A stretch of DNA of 60,361 nucleotides, the filler included, from Aduncisulcus paluster (Eukaryota): assembly GCA_024181965.1 (NCBI GenBank). It is 4 parts of 4 records of this genome, joined end to end, with 100 filler letters (N's around TTAATTAATTAA, not from the genome) between each part and the next. Parts side by side here need not be neighbours in the genome. Positions count along the whole stretch, not along the records: positions 9,691 to 33,678 come from BQXS01010921.1; positions 33,779 to 45,027 come from BQXS01010922.1; 2 more parts are not named here. One strand, given 5' to 3'. The notes beneath the pieces are model-generated. The model was not told the origin of the DNA, made no database searches, and saw only the letters and a program-made list of their open reading frames with translations. The position numbers were made by a program, and so were the translations under genes. Below, in pieces: positions 22,184-34,031 of the stretch (position 1 is the first letter of the stretch; each line of letters starts with the position of its first letter).

Positions 22184-25100
22184 TTATTTTTCTTCCTCTT
22201 TTTCCTCCCAAATTTTCTGATACTGTTCAGATAAAGAATTCTTAACTTCTAACTCTCTCTTATCAATGCGATCTTGGGATTTTAAATCAATAGTTCTTTT
22301 GCTTTCTTGTATTTCTTCTTCAGGGGCCGATAAGACTTGAATTCCAGACAAGGAACACCATTTCATTCCAGATCTTGATTGAATGCAAATAAATTCAATT
22401 TCTACAACATTCTTAACCATTATATTTATCGAAAACCATGATGATATGTGTTCCTCATCAAAAGTTACTTCAAATGGGATAATAGCACCTTCATTGGTGA
22501 TAATATTAACATCAAGATACCTTGGGACAGAATGAGACTCTGCAACAGCCATGAATATTGAGGAAACATGGCAAGGAGCAGTGGCGAATGGTAATCTGAG
22601 GGTGTAGAAGGATATATGATTCAGCCCAGAAAAGCACAATGGAATAGTATGACTCAAGTCACGATATACGAAGGCTGAACACTCTGATCTATTAATAGAT
22701 ACAAGAAGAGGTGACGTCCAGGGAATTGGTGGGGGATATTCGGCACTCTCCTCAGAATTTAGATAGGAATATGCTTCTTTATGTGTCCACTCCGCCATTA
22801 TTGCTCGCATTGCACGTTGTTTCATTTCAGAATCAAACTTTTCGGCGAATTTCAGGAACATTTCCTCACTGAGCTCAATTTGAATTCCACAAATGGACGA
22901 CCAAGGATATGAATCCCACGAACGAATTGTTTGGAAATCACAACACGTCACATCTGACAAATGTACAGGAAGTTCAAAATATCCTCCAGCATTCTTCTTT
23001 GGGAATGAGAATGATTTTGTTATCAAAGAAGATGAATCATGTTGAGATTCATGTTCATTTTTGATGGTGAATGTGATGGAACAATGTCGAGGAGGTGAGA
23101 AAGTATCACCAGAAACATATATAAAAATAGAATCAATATCTTGAGGAAAAAGAAGAGGAATGTGAATTGAATAGAAGGAGAAATTAGAGGAGGATTCCTC
23201 AAATACTCTATATACAGATTCACCAGACCGATCTAGGAATATCGGTGTGCTAATATGACTACTTCTTGGATGTGTTCTGTGAGAGGAATGAACAGGGGAA
23301 TCATCAAAAGATATCAATGAACCTCTCAGGTGTGCATTATCCCTAACAACAAGCGAGGGAGATGTCCTTGGCTCTGTTGGTAGTATGTCAGACTCTGTCC
23401 ATCTAGTTTGTGTTGCTTTCTTATCGAACTCTTTGATGGCTTCCATGTAAGATGATAAATCAGCCTTAACTTTTGGGGACGAATATTTGATGATTTGTAA
23501 TGTGTGAATTGTACACCATCGAAGCCCACTCCAAGTGTCAATAACTGTAAGCTTAATTCCGATGACATTCTTAAGTTTAACAGGAAGAATAAACCAAGAT
23601 GAAGCCTTGGTGTATTTGAATTTGTACGATTTTACAACCACTTCTCGATTGCATAAAACAAATTCAATATCGATGATTTTTGGAAGGTTCATAAAGTTCT
23701 CATATTCGGATAAGAGATGAATGGAGTCAATTGATACTGCTTCGGAGAGATGAACAAGTGGAATGCAGAGAGAATAGAAAGAAATGGGTGACCTTGATTG
23801 TAATTTCTCTCTAATGTTATGACATCTATTTGCACATGATCCAAATATATTCATATCATTGCCTATGAAAGAATCCCAAATGTTTAGGGTCAGAGGAGAG
23901 TCCACAGGAATAATAGAACCTTCGGAGATCTTTCGTTTGGTCCAGATTGCATCAATGATTGATGATGACTTGGATGGGGATTTAAGATGTTTTTTGCATA
24001 CCATTTGTTTGGATGAGGTAGAGGAAAAAAGTCTAATTTTGGAGGCTTTGCAATAACTAGGAGTTCTTGGTGAATGATAACTCCAATCTTCTTCACAAAT
24101 TATAGAGAAACGAAGAACATTATTTTGATGAATATCAAACGAAAAGCCCCCTTCTTCATTTGGAATGGAGCTTTGACAAACTATCTTCTTTTTTTCGGCA
24201 GAATAAAACACAAATTTTAGCTTTCTGGGAATTTCATAAACAAATTCTATTTGAAGTTTGTCAAGGGATGTGGGTGCACAAAATGAGATATCAATGCTAT
24301 GAAATTGGAGTTCTTGGTCCTGGTAAGGAACATTTCCTTCAAAAATGGAGAAGAGATCATCTTCATTTCCTTCAACTCCATCAAAGGAAATGGAAAGGTT
24401 TGATGGGGAAATCACTTTGGGATGCGACATATCAAAAACATGGTGTATTGATTTGGGTATTATCTTTCTCTTTCGAATTTCAGGCATAGAAGAAGGAAAG
24501 TAATGGAGAGGAGTGAAATAGAAATCGCTAATCTCACAATCGCATAAAGAAATAGAATCTTTGATTGCACCATCACAAATTTTTTTCTCTGACCAATTTG
24601 TCAAACACATAATTTCATATTTTTTAACATTTCTTTGTGATAGTGGAAGGGAAAGAGATTGAAGGAAAATATTTGGAATAGTTGATCTAAACCGATGTGT
24701 TTTACCTTTAGATGTATGTAGAATGATTAAAATTTGTTTTGGAAGCGGAAAAAGGCCAGTAGAAAAATGAAAAGACCCAATTGATGTTGGAGAAGAAAAC
24801 GACAGAGTTAAATGACAAAACTTGACACATTCATCTTCAACTGGAAATTGTAAGGATATTTTATCAAAAGAAATTGATTTAATTATGACTAATTCAGGGA
24901 NNNNNNNNNNNNNNNNNNNNCAAACACATAATTTCATATTTTTTAACATTTCTTTGTGATAGTGGAAGGGAAAGAGATTGAAGGAAAATATTTGGAATAG
25001 TTGATCTAAACCGATGTGTTTTACCTTTAGATGTATGTAGAATGATTAAAATTTGTTTTGGAAGCGGAAAAAGGCCAGTAGAAAAATGAAAAGACCCAAT

Positions 25101-25331
25101 TGATGTTGGAGAAGAAAACGACAGAGTTAAATGACAAAACTTGACACATTCATCTTCAACTGGAAATTGTAAGGATATTTTATCAAAAGAAATTGATTTA
25201 ATTATGACTAATTCAGGGACAGGATAAATCCTTTCTTTTGCAGGAATATCAAGATATTTGTCGTGAATATTGGAAGAAATGAGATCATAATTGTCAATTG
25301 ATTCCTTTCCTAATGGTTGACTCACACTCAT
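22184..25331 (-). CDS. Protein with about five tandem copies of a lineage-expanded beta-sandwich-like domain
   Basis: Repeated pattern F.(S/H)(L/I).(I/L)P....I.S..I....P..I.I.F....F....W/F..LPV...V...I. ATG at 25331. The two ORFs in the track join once the duplicate around gap 24901-24920 is collapsed. Confidence 0.8.
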
Positions 25332-26126
25332 AATATTAATTGTTGCAGAAAAAAAGAAAACGCTATCGAGACTGTTATTGTTATGTTATCATAATTTCGA
25401 ACAAATAAAAGAGGGAGAGACAAAGGTTATTTATAATATAAGAAATATTTATTGAAGTAGAAAGCTGAACAATTCGGGAAAAGTCAACTTTCTGAAAACT
25501 ATGTCACAATGGGAGATATCTGGAGAAAAAAAACATTTGCTTGCAAATATAATTCCAAATCCTATAATAAGCATCAAAGAATGATAACAAAATGCAATTA
25601 ATTCCAGATCTCTCCCCAATAAATGTGAATAAAAAAATGGAGAAAGAAAAAATGATATTTTGAATTATTCCCAAACAGATAGATTTTAACGATCGTTAAA
25701 AAATATGATATATATGGACAATAAATATATATATGTAAAAAAAAAATGAAAAAACACTGAATATTGGAATACAAAACTACAAAAATAAGGAAAAAGTAAT
25801 ATCTTCCTCCAAACTTTGTGTCACAACTGGGTATGAATAGCACATAAAAGGAGGAATATGATCATAAAAGGAAGCAAAATCATCTAAGATGATATGAGAG
25901 CCCAAGGAAGAAATATCAGAACTAAATAGATATTAGAATATAAGAAATTAATAATAATAAGAATCTTCGTTGTACTATCGGAACTATCGGAAAAGAAGGA
26001 GAAGAAAACAGAAGGACACATTCTATTCATATTCTCACCACATTTCACCACACTAACATACAAGAGAGAGGGTGAATATTGTTTTAATTATACCATCAAT
26101 AATCTAAATAAACTCTTATCAATATA

Positions 26127-27569
26127 TCAACGATCTCCAGATTTCATCGATCCGAGGGCAGGAAGAGCAACAAACCCTCCGCTAGCAACTCCAGACTTCT
26201 TAGTCTTTGTTGAGGTCGAAGAAAGAGAAGGGAGGGCGTGAGAATGTCCAAAAATAGTCTTCTTGGAGCCATGTTTAATGGTCGGCGATGTGGAATGGGT
26301 TGAAGGCAAGATTGTAGTGCTGTGNNNNNNNNNNNNNNNNNNNNTCATCGATCCGAGGGCAGGAAGAGCAACAAACCCTCCGCTAGCAACTCCAGACTTC
26401 TTAGTCTTTGTTGAGGTCGAAGAAAGAGAAGGGAGGGCGTGAGAATGTCCAAAAATAGTCTTCTTGGAGCCATGTTTAATGGTCGGCGATGTGGAATGGG
26501 TTGAAGGCAAGATTGTAGTGCTGTGACGGTCTTTCTTCTTTTCATCTTTCTTCTTGCTACCTCCTTTCTTGGATATGAGGGAGGGCATCCGAGGAGAAGT
26601 ACGAGTGGTGATAGACGACGAGCTTGAACCAGTCCTCTCAGAGGAATGGGGTGCAGGCTCACTCACAATGCCACGAGGGGTATGGAGAACGGCTCTAACA
26701 TCACTAAAATAGGGGTGGGCGAGGGCTTGCTTGGCAGAAATGCGCATATCGGGGTTATATGTTAGTAATTTCGTAAGGAGATCAAGACAATCGGACGTGG
26801 CGTGTGGAAGAAGCTTTGGAATCCCACAGCCTTGTTTATGGGGGAAATTGAAGTCAATGTGTTGCGAATGGGAGTGTCTCTTCATTCTCATTAATAAATC
26901 CTGAGGAGGAGTACCCAAAACATCATGAATTTTCCGAACTTGGTCAACTTCATGAGTTCCGGGGAATAGAGGGTAGAGGGCCATTATTTCGAAGAAAACA
27001 CACCCAACCGCCCATAAATCCATCTTATGATTATACCATCCATCGGTTAAAAGACACTCTGGGGCTCTGTACCATCTGGTAGAGATGTATTCTGTAAATG
27101 GAGGCTTTGAAAAAACACCACGGCAGGAACCAAAGTCAGCAAGCCGCAATTGGTCACCGGTTATAAGAATATTCTCAGGTTTAACATCTCTATGAAATAT
27201 TCCCCCATGATGAATCGCATGGATTGCACATAATAGTTGGTACATGTATAATTTGATTTTGTTCTCGGGTAAATAGTGTTTTCTTCCTCTAATTAGCTCG
27301 TATATATTCATATCCATCAATTCAAATACCAAACTCAGTCTCCCAGCCGCCCGATCAAAAATAACTTCATGCAACTTGATAATATTTGGATTCGTACTCA
27401 ATCTCCTTAATGCCTGAATTTCTCGTAAATTATTAACGTGTTCGACGCTATCAAAACGGGCTTTCATCCTTTTTATGGCAACTAGGCGACCAGTCTGAAT
27501 ATTTTGAGCTTTTATCACATCTGAGAAGGTTCCTTCCCCCTTTTTGGAAATCAATTTATATTTATGCAT
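26127..27569 (-). CDS. MOK: MAPK/MAK/MRK overlapping kinase (MOK/RAGE, LF4-like)
   Basis: KKGEGTFSDV, VNNLREIQALRRLS, HRDVKPEN, DFGSCRG, TEYISTRWYRAPECLLTDG. True length about 413 aa after removing the duplicate at gap 26325-26344. Confidence 0.95.
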   Translation of the reverse strand: MHKYKLISKKGEGTFSDVIKAQNIQTGRLVAIKRMKARFDSVEHVNNLREIQALRRLSTNPNIIKLHEVIFDRAAGRLSLVFELMDMNIYELIRGRKHYLPENKIKLYMYQLLCAIHAIHHGGIFHRDVKPENILITGDQLRLADFGSCRGVFSKPPFTEYISTRWYRAPECLLTDGWYNHKMDLWAVGCVFFEIMALYPLFPGTHEVDQVRKIHDVLGTPPQDLLMRMKRHSHSQHIDFNFPHKQGCGIPKLLPHATSDCLDLLTKLLTYNPDMRISAKQALAHPYFSDVRAVLHTPRGIVSEPAPHSSERTGSSSSSITTRTSPRMPSLISKKGGSKKKDEKKKDRHSTTILPSTHSTSPTIKHGSKKTIFGHSHALPSLSSTSTKTKKSGVASGGFVALPALGSMXXXXXXXHSTTILPSTHSTSPTIKHGSKKTIFGHSHALPSLSSTSTKTKKSGVASGGFVALPALGSMKSGDR

Positions 27570-28336
27570 ACTTGGAAAGGATAAGAACTATATTTATACA
27601 AGATCTGGATGTAAACCGAAGAAAAAAATTGGTGAGTCTTCTTCACCGAAGTTCAGGAGGGTCTTTCCACAAGTCAAATGTGAAAGAATAAATAAATAAC
27701 GCAGTAGAAGTTATATTGTATAATACGTTTGGGGTTTATTCTTTTGGATACAGGAGAAATATAGATTTCTTTGGGCGCTAGTTATGTAATAAAATCACGA
27801 CAGTATTATATGAAACAATTATTAAATTACACCATCTAGAAGGTTTAAGTTCAGGTATTGGTAAAACATTTTAATAGCGCCGTACAAGTTTTACATGATT
27901 TTCAAAAAAAACGAGAAGGGAAAAAAATCCAATTTTGCAATTCCAAAAGATAATATAGGAGATAAAATTGTTTTATTTTATTATATATTGATGATATAAA
28001 AATGTTTTGTGNNNNNNNNNNNNNNNNNNNNAAATATAGATTTCTTTGGGCGCTAGTTATGTAATAAAATCACGACAGTATTATATGAAACAATTATTAA
28101 ATTACACCATCTAGAAGGTTTAAGTTCAGGTATTGGTAAAACATTTTAATAGCGCCGTACAAGTTTTACATGATTTTCAAAAAAAACGAGAAGGGAAAAA
28201 AATCCAATTTTGCAATTCCAAAAGATAATATAGGAGATAAAATTGTTTTATTTTATTATATATTGATGATATAAAAATGTTTTGTGAAAACCGCTCTTGC
28301 TCACAATATCGGAGGTATCCGTTTTATTTCTCTTCA

Positions 28337-31300
28337 ATGAGTGATTCCATTAAGAAAGAACATGATGTTTTTGATTCTTTCGTCGATGATTTAACAGAAC
28401 AATACCACCAAGAACTAATGCAACGATCCCAGTCTATCCCAGACAAGATTGATGAATCTCATTATATTCAGGAGCATACATCACCTATATTATCTCCGCA
28501 AACCCAACAGATTTCAGATCTGCGTCCCCCACCTCCTGTCAACTTTGTTTCTTCAAAACTTGCTCAAAATAATGATCCTTTTGAATATAAAGGATCTCCA
28601 AGTCTTCCAAGAGAATCTACAGAAGATTATGATGAAGAATACTCCCCTGTATCCCAATTAACTCCTCAACAACGGAAACAGTTTTATGAACGGCTTGCAA
28701 CTCCCAAACATCCTTCTCCCTCGCCCAAATCTTCATCTGCTTCCAAAAAAAGGAAGCCTTATAATAGTAATGCTTTCAAATCATCTATTTTATCCCAATT
28801 GACATTTTCTGCCAGACTTTTGTCTGAGGAGCCTGGTCCGAAGCTCCCAGAGACCAGTCTGAGTGCTTCCATTCCCCTCACCAAACAGCAAATTCAGATG
28901 CAACAGATTCAACATACAATTGATAGAATAGAGCAACGAGGCAAAGATCGAGAAGATCGTCAGAAAGAAAGGAAGGAACTCTCCAAGCAGGAAGTAGATG
29001 TACAATGCACATTCTCGCCCATGATTGCAGAGAAGAGTAAGCTTATTATGGAGGAAAAAGCAAGGTCTCAGGTGCTTCCCACTGAGTTTGATGATGATGC
29101 TGAGCGTTATGAGCTCTCCTCCCATACTTCCCATGGGGCTGTCGATCCCAAGGATGTTGTGGCAAGAATGGAGGTTGAGGCTATGATTGTGAATGAGAAG
29201 AAACGTATGAAAATGGACCAGCATTGGACGAGTACATTCCCTTTTCAACCGTCCTTATCGAAACCTCCTGTTGAGATTAGCGAGCGTCTTGAGGCTAAAC
29301 AGAAGTTTATTGAGCATACCGATCCCTCGGCCAAGATTGTTTTCAACAGGATATCCCATCATCGTGAGTATCATCCTCCTGACGACTCAAAGGAGATGGA
29401 AGGTGTGACATTCCAGCCAGAGATCAACCCAGAAAGTGAAAAACGAGTACAGTTGCATTCCAACAGGGAAGGAACGATATTTCAACGCCTGAGCGCTCGT
29501 GGCAAACTCCATGCACAGCGTTTGGTTGAGATCAGGAAAGAAGAGGAGAAAGATAGAGTAATTGCTGATCGAAAGTTGGGGAAAGTGGTTGAAACCCAGA
29601 TGACCCTCATCAAAGATGGTCGAGATATGCATCCTGTTGTGTCCAGTATCACCTGGATCGATGGGGAGGCCAGCAGAGCTCCCGTGAAGAAAGAGTTTCT
29701 TGAGAAACAAAAGAAATATCTTGAGAAACGTGCAAGAAATAGGAAGAAGAAAGAAAAGGAAATATATGATGAATTGATGAAACCCAATGTGAAGAAGACA
29801 AAATTCACCAAAATGTATTTGAAACGCAGAGCAGAGAAGGAGAAAATATTGCAGCAGCATGAAAGCCAACACGCTACAAAATCCAGGAAGAAACGGGAGA
29901 AGAGACGTGGATCCTCTGGAATCGTTGGTGAGGGTACCGATGAGTCCAGTTATGAATCAAGTTCGTGTGAATACTCTTACTCCGACCAAACAGGAGAGGA
30001 GGTGAGAGAAGGTCAGGATATTACCACTGACAACACTCATCAACAAGCTGGGAGCTCTGCCACTCCCCGTATTGATTATTCGAAGTTATCTGAGAAGTCA
30101 TACAGATATAAGAAAAGACAGAAGGAGCTACAAGAGAAGAAAGAGGAGGAGTTTAGATCCGCTTATACCTTCAAACCGGAACTTATCGCCTCAAAACGGG
30201 AAGTTACCGGCTCTCTTCTCGATGCTAAGCATGGAGGAAGTCGTGTCGGTCACCCACAAACCATTCATATGTGGGAAAATGTCGAGAGGACCATTGCTCG
30301 TAAAAATGTCCAAATTGCCACGAAACGTGCTGAAGAAGAGGATAAAATTATGATGCAATATACTTTCTCACCGTCTATAAATAGGGCTTTCCCTGTTGAA
30401 TCTGTTGTGGGTAAGCATATTTCCTCAGGTAAGCCTGTTGAAAAGATTGGCAAACGAGGAGAGTCAAACTTTTTCCAAGATAAAAGCATACCTGTTGTCC
30501 ATGGCATGAGCCATTACCTTGCAAGACAACACCAAGCTAAGGCCAACCAACGTCGTGTGCTTGAGAGAATGTGCAGGATTGAGAAGGGAAGAGCTGCTAA
30601 ATCTCCTCCAAGAGCTCGTAAGGGCAGTGTGGATTCAGGCGATGTGCAAAGTAGTGTTGTCCAGTCTTCTGTTGGTGTGAATCATAAACACTCAGCGACA
30701 TTTGAGGTTGGTGGGATTGCTGGATCCGCCCTTGGAATGGCTCAACCTCCCCCGCCTTCCATTGCTGAACTCTCCACTGTTCAACCTGTCAGTGCGTTCG
30801 ATGGGGCTGCGGATTTCAAGCAAACGCTTGAGGTTCATTCTCAGCTCAATCGCGGGGAGAGTATGAGGGAACAGGAGCAGAAGAGGAAGCAAGAACAAGA
30901 AAGGAAGAGACGTTTGTTGCAGGAGGCTATCGGGTCGTACACTCTATCGCGAGAATCTCCTCAAATCGGCACAATATCGGAAGATAGAGATATAGGTATG
31001 TCATCAACTTCTGCTAGGCCAGCACGTTCATCAAAGACATCTGGGAGTCGGTCACAACGCACAGATACAAGATCAAGGGGGCACTCTTCCTCTTCCACTG
31101 GTGGTCTTACAAGTGGCTCATCTTCATCTCCTGCCTATGGATACAGTAGTTCCAATAATCTCTCTGTCCATACTCGTTCTGTTGTATCAACTCATCGTAA
31201 GGATTCTGGGGACCTTCCTTCCTCCGATATTGGCAGGAAAAGCAGTGAAACTGGGCTTCCCATTGCATCACCGTCTGCTATCCTGCTCTCTCAGAATGCT

Positions 31301-31780
31301 CCTTATAACCCTGCTCATTTTGAACGGTCTCATATGGCCCACGGTGGTCTATTGCTCCCCTTCTCATCGTCTTCTCCAAGAACTTCCATGGCCCAGAGAG
31401 CTGGAGGAGGAAGTGGTGGGCATGGCTACTCACAAGGATCCATCCAGCAGTCACATGCATCTCAGACTGCTCGCAGAACAAGACAGGCAAGCAATTCTAA
31501 GTTGGACGTTGGTTTCACTATCATCCCAAGCCCTCCTACTGAGAGGTCATCACGTGTTCAGAGTGCTCGCTCAAGCACAGCCTCTTTGCGGCAACAGGGA
31601 TTCGTACCGCGGCATATGAGTCATTTGCAGAAGACGGATAATGCTTCTTTGAGCAACACGAATGAGTTTAGTCGTGTTGATAGCATTCCTGGTCTTTTGA
31701 AACAAATGGATGGAGTTTTTAGTTATGATGCTGATTGTGGAGAGATCGACAAGACTCTGAGGGATTGTATTAAGAAATAG
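28337..31780 (+). CDS. Large charged protein with dispersed (C/Y/V)TFxP repeats
   Basis: Single ORF over 1100 aa with CTFSPMI, FPFQPSL, VTFQPEIN, YTFKPEL and YTFSPSIN, plus FYERL/IFQRL helices; ATG at 28337 preferred. Confidence 0.85.
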   Translation: MSDSIKKEHDVFDSFVDDLTEQYHQELMQRSQSIPDKIDESHYIQEHTSPILSPQTQQISDLRPPPPVNFVSSKLAQNNDPFEYKGSPSLPRESTEDYDEEYSPVSQLTPQQRKQFYERLATPKHPSPSPKSSSASKKRKPYNSNAFKSSILSQLTFSARLLSEEPGPKLPETSLSASIPLTKQQIQMQQIQHTIDRIEQRGKDREDRQKERKELSKQEVDVQCTFSPMIAEKSKLIMEEKARSQVLPTEFDDDAERYELSSHTSHGAVDPKDVVARMEVEAMIVNEKKRMKMDQHWTSTFPFQPSLSKPPVEISERLEAKQKFIEHTDPSAKIVFNRISHHREYHPPDDSKEMEGVTFQPEINPESEKRVQLHSNREGTIFQRLSARGKLHAQRLVEIRKEEEKDRVIADRKLGKVVETQMTLIKDGRDMHPVVSSITWIDGEASRAPVKKEFLEKQKKYLEKRARNRKKKEKEIYDELMKPNVKKTKFTKMYLKRRAEKEKILQQHESQHATKSRKKREKRRGSSGIVGEGTDESSYESSSCEYSYSDQTGEEVREGQDITTDNTHQQAGSSATPRIDYSKLSEKSYRYKKRQKELQEKKEEEFRSAYTFKPELIASKREVTGSLLDAKHGGSRVGHPQTIHMWENVERTIARKNVQIATKRAEEEDKIMMQYTFSPSINRAFPVESVVGKHISSGKPVEKIGKRGESNFFQDKSIPVVHGMSHYLARQHQAKANQRRVLERMCRIEKGRAAKSPPRARKGSVDSGDVQSSVVQSSVGVNHKHSATFEVGGIAGSALGMAQPPPPSIAELSTVQPVSAFDGAADFKQTLEVHSQLNRGESMREQEQKRKQEQERKRRLLQEAIGSYTLSRESPQIGTISEDRDIGMSSTSARPARSSKTSGSRSQRTDTRSRGHSSSSTGGLTSGSSSSPAYGYSSSNNLSVHTRSVVSTHRKDSGDLPSSDIGRKSSETGLPIASPSAILLSQNAPYNPAHFERSHMAHGGLLLPFSSSSPRTSMAQRAGGGSGGHGYSQGSIQQSHASQTARRTRQASNSKLDVGFTIIPSPPTERSSRVQSARSSTASLRQQGFVPRHMSHLQKTDNASLSNTNEFSRVDSIPGLLKQMDGVFSYDADCGEIDKTLRDCIKK

Positions 31781-33678
31781 TTATTTTAATTTGTGATTTC
31801 AAATTATTAATTATAATATCTATTCTTAGAATGTAAAATTGATCATATTTATTCTTTTCTTCTCTATTTCGTTTTCTATTTACTTTGGAAAGCTTATATA
31901 CCTCACGACTCATCATTGATTTATTTGTTTCTATCTCATGTTTCCAAAGACATTCCCACTTGATTGTATCCATTATTGATGAGATACTATGAATATATCT
32001 ATTGCGAATTCTTGGATTCGAATGATCGAAATGAAGCCGAAGAAAAGTAATATATGAAAGTTGATTGTAATGTCATGTGATTCGTAACATCTTTCTTTTC
32101 CATTCCTCAATGGTTTATATTGTTAAATATTGTAATAGTAAGATACAACAATATTTTGGCCTGTTTGAACTATTTTTGGGGTGGTTCATTGCAGACTTTG
32201 TTCCAATAAATGTTTTATTTCTCATTTTTATGTCTTAATAACAGTTTCTGTGAGGACCTTAATCAAGAAATACGTGGGTTGGTTCGGAATATCGACTAGA
32301 AATTTAATAGTTGAACATGTTGTCGCTTTTTGAATTTGAACCTCAACGAACTTTTCTTTATTTGTTTATCCATGTTAATAATAATAACCCCCATTTTTAT
32401 CATTTAGTCAATGTAAATATTATTTACAATGTGAATATGGCGGTCGAGGAAGAGTAGAACATTGATGATCTGGGTTATCACCACTCTCTGAGACATCTCT
32501 TGCCAACATAAAACGAACATCTTACCTCTTTCAGCTCTCATCATGAGATAGATGATCTATACAGAAGTCTGATAAAACCAACGAAAACTTATTAAAAAAT
32601 CGTGATTCGTGAGAATATGAAAGAAAGAAACTCATAACTGGCACGAATATACTGTGTACCATACTGTACGATACTGTGGAGATGAGACATTGGCAAATAT
32701 CCACCGGGTGGACTCCACCACAACCGACACGATTAGTATTCATTGAATACGATCAGATTCCTTTACTTAGAATCCCTAAATTTGCAGAAATTCCAGATAA
32801 AAAAACGAAAGAACAAAGAGTATACACTAGAATACAATATAGTTCCAACGAAAATCTAGAAAAATAAAGGAATAAATAGGAAAGTGTCAAATATAAAAAG
32901 TCCAATAATAAGACCATATTGTGATAACTAAGCTCCTAAACGCAAACAACAATACGATAGATATAAATTGATAAATAGATCATGATAATTCTGGCTTCAA
33001 AAAGTTCTTCAGAATTTGATGAAAAAAATTAGCCAATGAACAGGACAGAACACTGTAAATTTAAATTAAAATAGAATAAAATCTTTTTGTAAATTCACAA
33101 ATAATGTAAAAAAAAAGATAAATAGATGATCCCTCAGATACCCCAAAATTAGAACATTCTCAGGCCAAAAGTTTCTCAAGAATATCAATGGAAAATATTC
33201 AGGACGATGAATTTGACAACATAAAAATGACTTGCTCATGAGGTGGACCAAAAACGGTAGAATCGAGGCTAAAAATGGAAAACAGAAAAAGAAGGTGTCA
33301 AGACCAATCGTGAAAAGAGAAAAGAGAGAAAAAAAGAGAGAAAAAAATAACATGATGAAGAAAAACAGAAATGCAAATACACAAAACTATTGAAAGGATT
33401 GAATGCACCGAGTTCTCGAAAGTAACAGCAAAACCACGTCGTTCTATTGCCACAAAACAGTAAAATATAATGATATTAGACATGACAAAACCCATCGGAA
33501 GTCCGAAAGGCGTAATTCTTCAGTGAAAAGGTGGAATATGAAGAGGACATCCATAGAGAAAAATTAAGTCATGTACAGTACGTTTAAAATGATTATTTTT
33601 AAAAAATATGAGACGAGAAACAGGATAAGGATCTCAAAAACATTTAAAACTGTAACAAATTGAATCGAGAAGATTATT

Positions 33679-33778
33679 NNNNNNNNNNNNNNNNNNNNNN
33701 NNNNNNNNNNNNNNNNNNNNNNTTAATTAATTAANNNNNNNNNNNNNNNNNNNNNNNNNNNNNNNNNNNNNNNNNNNN
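33679..33778. other. Artificial scaffold-concatenation spacer
   Basis: N44-TTAATTAATTAA-N44. Confidence 0.97.
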
Positions 33779-34031
33779 TAACCAAAGAATGTAACAAAAA
33801 CCTCTATATCGTTGAGCATAATTTGACAAGAGGAAATCATACACAATCGGAGAAATAAAAATACAAAATAACACAATCAAATCGGAAATACAATTATTTT
33901 CTCTTCAAAAATCTTCTATAATGATCTAATTCCAATGAATTCTTATTTTTTCCGAACTACTGAAAAACAAACAAATAACAAATATATACAAAATAAAAAT
34001 TAAATTAATTTTTTTTTACTTTTATTAAATA

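Noticed and set aside
31800-33678. Short ORFs or snRNA candidates in the long intergenic region
   Set aside because: No recognisable protein motif or U-snRNA signature.
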